Source: an uncultured Gemmatimonadales bacterium
Lineage (GTDB): Bacteria; Gemmatimonadota; Gemmatimonadetes; Gemmatimonadales; GWC2-71-9
Direction of reading: 5' to 3'
Assembly (NCBI GenBank): GCA_963748815.1
Contig: CAVVKJ010000010.1
Span: 32,001 to 96,000 of the forward strand
Length of the DNA: 64,000 nucleotides
Below, piece after piece: positions 57,884 to 64,000 of this stretch; position 1 is the first letter of the stretch; each line of letters starts with the position of its first letter. The notes under the pieces were generated by a model that made no database searches, had not been told where the DNA came from, and was given only the letters and a program-made list of their open reading frames with translations. A program made the position numbers and the translations under genes.

Positions 57884-59322
57884 GCCAGGATCCACACGCC
57901 GCCGACCACAACCTCCGGCACGACGGGCGGGGACTCCTGCTCTCGTTCTACGCGGCGCTCCGGAGCCTCAAGCTCTACCCGCTGGAGAACACGACGGTCC
58001 AGAAGGCGCTCGACGACCTCCTGGCCGCCGGCGAGCAGCTTCTCGGCGCCGAGGAGGACGTCGAGATTCGCGCCTCCGGCGACTTCCTCTTCGTGAACGA
58101 CACGCGCCTCCGGCTCGAGCTCGACAACTACGCCTCCTTCAGCCAGGTCCTCGGGCTCCTCCGCACCTTCGAGGTCGGGACGTTCCGGATCGTCCGCGGC
58201 GTCGAGCGCCGCGAGTGGCAGGCGCTGTTGAGCGTCTTCCTCAGCCTCGGCACGCGCGACACCGCAGGCAGCCGGTTCGACGAGCTGATGGCCCGCCTCC
58301 AGCGGGCCGACATCCGGCACATCCAGCTCGAGCCGCTCACCGCGGTCGAGGAACAGGAAGACTCCGCGGAGGCGCGGGAAGTCGCCAAGCGCACCTACGC
58401 GCAGGGCGTGGCCGTCACCAAGGATGTCGTCAACAGCGTCCGGATGGGACGCACCGCCAACCTCAAGAAGGTGAAGCGCGCGGTGCAGCTGGTCGTGGAC
58501 CAGGTGCTCAACAACGAGACCTCCATTCTCGGGCTCACCACCATCCGCGACTACGACGAATACACCTTCACCCATTCGGTCAACGTCTGCATCTTCTCGG
58601 TGGCGCTCGGCAAGAAGCTCGGCTTCGGCAAGCTGCAGCTGTACGATCTCGGGCTCGCCGCCCTCCTGCACGACATCGGCAAGGCGCGGATCACCCTCGA
58701 CATCCTGAACAAGACCACCGGTCTCGACGAGGACGAGTGGAAGGTGATGACGCGGCATCCCTGGTTCGGGACGCTCACCCTCTTCAGCTCCCGCCGGTAC
58801 GAGGAGACGCCCTATCGCGCCATCCTCGTGGCGCACGAGCATCATATGAAGACCGACCTGACCGGCTATCCCCGCCCGATCCGGCCGCGGAAACTCGGGC
58901 TCTACTCCCGCCTGGTGGCGGTGGCCGACGGCTTCGATGCCGCGACGACACGGCGCAGCTACCAGACGGTGCCGATCCAGCCCGACGCGGTCCTGAAGGA
59001 AATGTGGGAGAACCCCAGCCGCGGCTACGACCGGGTGCTCGTCAAGGCGCTGATCAACCTCATCGGGATTTACCCGGTCGGCACCTGCGTCATCCTGGAC
59101 ACCCTCGAGGTGGCCATCGTCGCGGGGGCCAACCCCGATCCCACCGTCCTCAACCGCCCGCTGGTGCGCATCGCCATCGACACCAACGGCGCCGTGCTGC
59201 CGCCGCCCGGCGACCCGGCGGATCTCGCCGACGGCAACGGCCAGGGGGGCTATGCGCGATCGATCGTCAAGGTGACCGACCCGACGCGGTACGGCCTCGT
59301 GGTGGGCGACTACTTTGTCTGA
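57880..59322 (+). CDS. HD-GYP domain protein (putative cyclic dinucleotide phosphodiesterase)
   Basis: YTFTHSVNV, LLHDIGK, HEHH..DLTGYP, VADGFDA..RRSY, IYPVGT. Confidence 0.88.
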   Translation: MSQDPHAADHNLRHDGRGLLLSFYAALRSLKLYPLENTTVQKALDDLLAAGEQLLGAEEDVEIRASGDFLFVNDTRLRLELDNYASFSQVLGLLRTFEVGTFRIVRGVERREWQALLSVFLSLGTRDTAGSRFDELMARLQRADIRHIQLEPLTAVEEQEDSAEAREVAKRTYAQGVAVTKDVVNSVRMGRTANLKKVKRAVQLVVDQVLNNETSILGLTTIRDYDEYTFTHSVNVCIFSVALGKKLGFGKLQLYDLGLAALLHDIGKARITLDILNKTTGLDEDEWKVMTRHPWFGTLTLFSSRRYEETPYRAILVAHEHHMKTDLTGYPRPIRPRKLGLYSRLVAVADGFDAATTRRSYQTVPIQPDAVLKEMWENPSRGYDRVLVKALINLIGIYPVGTCVILDTLEVAIVAGANPDPTVLNRPLVRIAIDTNGAVLPPPGDPADLADGNGQGGYARSIVKVTDPTRYGLVVGDYFV

Positions 59323-60121
59323 CCCCACGCTGCGCGCCGCCTGGTCGGCCCTCCAGCGCGCTGACCAATCCGCCCTGATCGCCTACCTCACCGCCGGGTA
59401 TCCCGACCGGGCCACCAGCCTCGCCGCCCTCCGGACCGCGGCGCGCTACGCCGACGTCCTCGAGGTCGGCGTCCCGTTCAGCGACCCGGTGGCCGACGGG
59501 CCGGTCATCCAGCGCGCGTCATTCGACGCGCTCGCGCGTGGCATGACCCTCCACGGCACGCTCGACCTCGTCGCCGAAGCGGACGTCGACTGTCCGGTGG
59601 TGCTCTTCTCCTACCTGAACCCGCTGCTGCGCTACGGATTCGACCGATTGCTCGACGATGCCGCCGAGGCGGGGGTGGACGGGCTGCTGGTCACCGACCT
59701 CCCGGCGGGGGTCGACCCCGCGCTGGAGGAAGCGGTGCGGCAGAGCGCCCTCGACCTGATTCCCCTCGTCGCCCCGACGACCCCAGCGCCGCGGGTTGCC
59801 GAAATTGATGCCCGCGCGACGGCGTTCCTCTACCTGATCGGTCGGCTCGGCGTCACCGGCGCCGGAACCCCGCCGGACGCGTTGCTCCAGGCGACGGTGA
59901 CGCGGGTCCGCGCCCACGCGAGGCGGCCGCTGGCGGTCGGGTTCGGGATCAGCACCCCGGACCAGGTCCGCTCGGTCGGCCAATGGGCGGACGGCGTCGT
60001 GGTGGGGAGCGCCCTGGTGGCCGCGCTCGGGCAAGGTGGCGTCGCGTCCCTCGAATCCCTCCTCGCCGAGCTCGCGCCGGCCTGTGTTCGATCCGCCATC
60101 GCGGGAGCGTCTTGTGTTTAG
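59315..60121 (+). CDS. trpA: Tryptophan synthase alpha chain
   Basis: [46 protein letters not shown]. Confidence 0.96.
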   Translation: MSDPTLRAAWSALQRADQSALIAYLTAGYPDRATSLAALRTAARYADVLEVGVPFSDPVADGPVIQRASFDALARGMTLHGTLDLVAEADVDCPVVLFSYLNPLLRYGFDRLLDDAAEAGVDGLLVTDLPAGVDPALEEAVRQSALDLIPLVAPTTPAPRVAEIDARATAFLYLIGRLGVTGAGTPPDALLQATVTRVRAHARRPLAVGFGISTPDQVRSVGQWADGVVVGSALVAALGQGGVASLESLLAELAPACVRSAIAGASCV

Positions 60122-62195
60122 CACCGCGCGGGTCCTGGCCCTCTATGGCCGAGTGCTGGTCTGGTTCGGATTGTCGCTGGCGGCGATTGCGCTGGTGCTC
60201 GACCTCCGGTGGATCGAGCAGCCCATCCCGACGCTCCTGATCCTGCTGACGGTGGCGGCGCTCCGTGCCTCTCCGGTGCGGCTCAGCAAGTATTCGTACC
60301 TGACCCAGCACGGCGTGCCGGTGGTGGTCGGCGTCATGGTGGCGGCGCCGTCGCAGGTGGTGGCGGGCATGGCGGCCGGGGTCTACCTGGTGGACACCCT
60401 CTGGCTGCGGAAGCCCATGGGGGCCGGCCTGGTCAATGCCGGCCGGGAGAACATCGCCTTCCTGGCGTCGTTCGGGATCTTCGCGCTGGTCTGGCGGCTG
60501 AGCGGATCCCCGGGCATCGGGCTCGACTTCCTGCCTGCCGCGTTCACCCTGGCCGGCATCTACTTCTTCCTGTCGCGCGCGCTGTTCTACTTCACCCTCC
60601 TGCTCCGGGACAAGCTCGAGAGCGAAGAACGGCTGCTCATCCTGCGCTACGAGGTGGTGGCCTACCTCCTCACGCTCGGCGCGTCGGCCATCATCATCGG
60701 CGCCATCCAGGTCCTCAGTCCCCCCGGCTGGGCCGCGGTGCTCGCGGTGGTGGGCGTCTTCGGGCTCCTCACGAAGAAGATCCTCGAGGAGGCGATCGCC
60801 GCCGAGGACCTGAACAAGGTCCACCTGATGGAGACGGCGATTACCACCAACGTCACGCTGATGGACTCCTTCCAGCAGATCGAGCGGCTGGCGCACCGTC
60901 TCCTCGACTGGGGCGACCTGCGGATCTACCGCCGGGACGACCAGGATGTCGTGACGCTGGCGTACCGCGGCGAAGTGGGCCGCGGGGGCCGCGGCGAGGT
61001 GCCGGCCGAACTCGAACCGCTCCGCCGGACGGCCATCGCGACCGCGGAGGCGGTCATCGTCCACGACACCTCCAAGGACGCTCGGCTGCCGATGGCGGCG
61101 ACGGACACCCAGAGCCTCGTGATTCTGCCGCTCCGGTTCGGCCACGACGTCATCGGCACGCTCGAGCTGGAGCATCACAAGCGGCACATGTACCGCGCCC
61201 GCGACCTCGCCGCGATGTCCACCCTCGCGACCCAGGTGGCGACCGCCATCCACATCGCGGAGTTGCGCCGACCGCTGGTCACCACCGTGGACAGCATCGG
61301 CTCGCAGGTGGGCGCGCTGGCGCGGGCCACCGAGTCGCTGCACGCCTCCGCCGACGCCCTCACCGCCGCCTCGAAATCGCTCCGGATCGGGCTCGGGGAA
61401 CAGGATGCGTTCGTCACGGCGGGGCTCAAGGCGACGAAGGCGCTTGCCAGCGGCTCTGCCGAAATCGCGGTCCAGGGGAAGCGGGCGGCGGAGGCCAGTG
61501 CCCGGGCATCGGAGACGGCGTCGCGCAATCGCGAAACGATTCGCGACGCGATCAAGCGGCTGGTGGACCTCAAGCACTTCGTGGCCGAGAGCTCGCGCCA
61601 GGTCGGGGAGCTGGGCAACGTCACGAAACGGATCACAGGGTTCATCGGATCGATCCGCGAAATTGCCGACCTGACCAACCTCATTTCGCTCAACGCCGCC
61701 ATCGAGGCGGCGCGGGCGGGCCAGGAGGGGAAGGGGTTCGCCGTGGTCGCGGCCGAGGTCCGCGACCTGGCCGACCAGAGCGCCGTCGCCGCCCGGGAAG
61801 CAGGCGGACTCCTCGCCGCCATCGCCGAGCAGGTCACCGAGATCACCGCGCAGATGTCCCACGGCGAGCGGGCGGTGGAAGGCGTCGAGCAGCTCGGCGA
61901 GGCGGCGGTCGAGGCGCTGGAGGGCATCGTGAACACGACCCGCGAGGCCGGCACGTCGGCGCAGCGGATCGGCGAGACGGCGAGCTTGCAGGAAGGGGCG
62001 TTCGCCAAGCTCCAGGAGCAGATCGGGCACCTCGCCACCGTGTCCGCCAGGATTCGCGAGGAGACCACCGTCCTGGCCAGCCAGGCGGGGCGGGCCGCCG
62101 ACGCACAGCAGGAACTCGACGGCGCGATCAAGCAGCTGGAGCAGGTCTCGACGCACCTGCAGTCGATCGCGCGCCACTTCACCGTCGGGGAATAG
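60114..62195 (+). CDS. Polytopic membrane protein with GAF and methyl-accepting chemotaxis signalling domains
   Basis: Several N-terminal TM segments; GAF-like [22 protein letters not shown] tip [33 protein letters not shown]. Confidence 0.85.
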   Translation: MFSTARVLALYGRVLVWFGLSLAAIALVLDLRWIEQPIPTLLILLTVAALRASPVRLSKYSYLTQHGVPVVVGVMVAAPSQVVAGMAAGVYLVDTLWLRKPMGAGLVNAGRENIAFLASFGIFALVWRLSGSPGIGLDFLPAAFTLAGIYFFLSRALFYFTLLLRDKLESEERLLILRYEVVAYLLTLGASAIIIGAIQVLSPPGWAAVLAVVGVFGLLTKKILEEAIAAEDLNKVHLMETAITTNVTLMDSFQQIERLAHRLLDWGDLRIYRRDDQDVVTLAYRGEVGRGGRGEVPAELEPLRRTAIATAEAVIVHDTSKDARLPMAATDTQSLVILPLRFGHDVIGTLELEHHKRHMYRARDLAAMSTLATQVATAIHIAELRRPLVTTVDSIGSQVGALARATESLHASADALTAASKSLRIGLGEQDAFVTAGLKATKALASGSAEIAVQGKRAAEASARASETASRNRETIRDAIKRLVDLKHFVAESSRQVGELGNVTKRITGFIGSIREIADLTNLISLNAAIEAARAGQEGKGFAVVAAEVRDLADQSAVAAREAGGLLAAIAEQVTEITAQMSHGERAVEGVEQLGEAAVEALEGIVNTTREAGTSAQRIGETASLQEGAFAKLQEQIGHLATVSARIREETTVLASQAGRAADAQQELDGAIKQLEQVSTHLQSIARHFTVGE

Positions 62196-62196
62196 C

Positions 62197-62604
62197 GTGG
62201 CGGAGGTCGTGACCGTGGCGCTGGGGAGCAACCTCGGCGATCGGGCCGCGCACCTGGCGGCGGCGCGCGCGGCGCTGGCCGGGCTGCCCGGCACCCGGGT
62301 GGTCAAGGTGTCCGCCGTGGAAGAGACGGCGCCGCTCGGCGGCCTCGACCAGCCGGCGTACCTCAACCAGGTGGCGCTGCTGGAGACGGAGTTGGACCCG
62401 CGCGCCCTGCTCAACGCCTGCCAGGGCATCGAGCGCGCCGAGGGGCGGACGCGGGGCCCGCGCTGGGCCTCGCGCTCGCTCGACATCGACATCATTCAAT
62501 TCGGGCGACGCCAGGTGGCGGAGCCCGGACTCACGATCCCGCATCCGGAGCTCCCCCACCGCGACTTCTGGCAGCGCGGCCTGGCGGAGGTGCAGACCCC
62601 ATGA
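62197..62604 (+). CDS. folK: 2-amino-4-hydroxy-6-hydroxymethyldihydropteridine diphosphokinase
   Basis: ALGSNLGDR, YLNQV, RWASRSLDIDI, IPHP. Confidence 0.94.
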   Translation: MAEVVTVALGSNLGDRAAHLAAARAALAGLPGTRVVKVSAVEETAPLGGLDQPAYLNQVALLETELDPRALLNACQGIERAEGRTRGPRWASRSLDIDIIQFGRRQVAEPGLTIPHPELPHRDFWQRGLAEVQTP

Positions 62605-63413
62605 GCGACACCCCCCGTCCCCTGACGACGCGCGACTTCCTCGCGATGAAGCGCGCCGGCACGAAAATCGTCTGCCTGACCGCGTATGACGCCCTGATGG
62701 CGCGCATGCTCGACGCCTCGGGGGTGGACATCATCCTGGTCGGCGACTCGGTCAACCAGGTGGTCGCCGGGCGGAGCAGCACCCTCAGCGCCACCCTCGA
62801 GCAGATGATCTATCACGCCAGCGCGGTGCAGGGAGCGGTGCGCCGCGCCCTCGTGGTGGTGGACCTGCCGTTCCTGACTTACCAGGTCACGATCGAGGAC
62901 GCGATTCGAAACGCCGGCCGGGCCATGCAGGCGACGGGTGCGCCCGCGGTGAAGCTCGAAGGCGGCGTGACCATGGGGCCGACGATTCGTGCGCTGGTGG
63001 AGCGCGGAATCCCGGTCATGGGGCATATCGGGCTGACCCCCCAGTCGGTGCACGCGCTTGGCGGGTACCGGGTCCAGGGGAGGGAGGAGGCGGCCGCCGA
63101 GCGGCTGCTGGCCGACGCGCGGGCGGTCGAAGAGGCGGGCGCATTCGGTGTCGTGCTCGAGCTCGTCCCCGCGGCCCTCGCCGCCCAGATCACGCGGGAG
63201 CTCACCATTCCCACCATCGGGATCGGCGCCGGCGCCGAGTGCGACGGGCAGGTGCTCGTCCTGCCGGACATGCTGGGAATGAACCCGGGGTTCACCGTCA
63301 AGTTCCTCAAGAAGTACGCCGATCTCGACGGGATCATCCGCGCCGCGGTGGCCTCGTACAGCGAGGACGTCCGCTCCGGCAGGTACCCCGGGCAGGAACA
63401 CAGCTTCGAGTGA
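62601..63413 (+). CDS. panB: 3-methyl-2-oxobutanoate hydroxymethyltransferase
   Basis: LTAYDA, LVGDS, VKLEGG, GHIGLTPQSV, IGIGAG..DGQVLV. Confidence 0.97.
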   Translation: MSDTPRPLTTRDFLAMKRAGTKIVCLTAYDALMARMLDASGVDIILVGDSVNQVVAGRSSTLSATLEQMIYHASAVQGAVRRALVVVDLPFLTYQVTIEDAIRNAGRAMQATGAPAVKLEGGVTMGPTIRALVERGIPVMGHIGLTPQSVHALGGYRVQGREEAAAERLLADARAVEEAGAFGVVLELVPAALAAQITRELTIPTIGIGAGAECDGQVLVLPDMLGMNPGFTVKFLKKYADLDGIIRAAVASYSEDVRSGRYPGQEHSFE

Positions 63414-64000
63414 ACCGCCGAACCGCCCCCAAAGAGTTCACAACGGTCGCGGGCATCCGCGCCTGGACCTCGGCGCAAAGAGCGGGGGGCTCCCGGATCG
63501 GGTTCGTGCCCACGATGGGGTTCCTGCACGAGGGGCACCTGGCCCTTGTCGACGCGGCGCGCGCCGTGTCGGACGTCGTCGTGATGAGCATCTTCGTCAA
63601 TCCCCTCCAATTCGGCCCCTCGGAAGACCTCTCCCGATATCCGCGTGACCTCCCCCGTGACCGGGCGCTGGCCACGAGCCGTGGCGTGGATGCCCTCTTC
63701 CTGCCGGACGTCTCCGTCATGTACCCCCCCGGCAGCGACACGCGGGTGGTACCAGGTCCTGGCGCCGACCGGTGGGAGGGCGAAATGCGACCCGGCCATT
63801 TCGCCGGGGTGCTGACGGTCGTGGCGAAGCTCTTTCACCTGGTGACGCCCGATGTCGCGGTCTTCGGCCAGAAGGACGCGCAGCAGGCAGCGTTGATCCG
63901 GCGGATGGTGCGCGACCTCGACTGGCCCGTCGCGCTGGTGGTGGCGCCGACCACGCGCGAGCCGGACGGGCTCGCGCTCAGCAGCCGGAACAGCTACCTG
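63410..64000 (+). CDS. panC: Pantoate--beta-alanine ligase, 5' part (runs off window end)
   Basis: Translated by hand: GFVPTMGFLHEGH, SIFVNPLQF, RPGHFAGV, FGQKDAQQ, REPDGLALSSRN. Confidence 0.95.
   Translation, partial: MNRRTAPKEFTTVAGIRAWTSAQRAGGSRIGFVPTMGFLHEGHLALVDAARAVSDVVVMSIFVNPLQFGPSEDLSRYPRDLPRDRALATSRGVDALFLPDVSVMYPPGSDTRVVPGPGADRWEGEMRPGHFAGVLTVVAKLFHLVTPDVAVFGQKDAQQAALIRRMVRDLDWPVALVVAPTTREPDGLALSSRNSYL

Overview
High-GC bacterial chromosomal window, mostly core genes. Gene order and the tmRNA tag ANDNLALAA suggest Gemmatimonadota (inference, no search run). Plus strand 1-25.8 kb: rpsB(3' part)-tsf-pyrH-frr-uppS-cdsA-dxr-rseP, rpsO-pnp-M16 peptidase, ald, dut, mreBCD-mrdA-rodA, accD, folC, hisS-proS-lysA-guaA. 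Then come an AT3-SGNH O-acyltransferase, PTS EIIA, dusB-larB-corA-GGDEF, and a lipoprotein/beta-barrel/arylsulfatase group interrupted by tmRNA. A 14-kb minus-strand operon follows (truA-htrA-purB-purC-psd-pssA-purS-purQ-Zn-ribbon-purL-purF-ppdK-purE). Last is a trp cluster containing an antisense lexA and embedded HEAT-repeat, HD-GYP and GAF-MCP genes, ending in folK-panB-panC(partial). About 15 genes, several essential, carry single-base frameshifts, most likely long-read assembly errors. Best leads: (1) two CCGAA-N6-CCGAA direct-repeat boxes over the lexA promoter (candidate SOS box); (2) lexA lying antisense inside the trp cluster; (3) a c-di-GMP/receptor module translationally coupled into the trp operon; (4) several apparently leaderless promoters; (5) several families of small intergenic repeats. 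No CRISPR array, integrase or transposase was seen.
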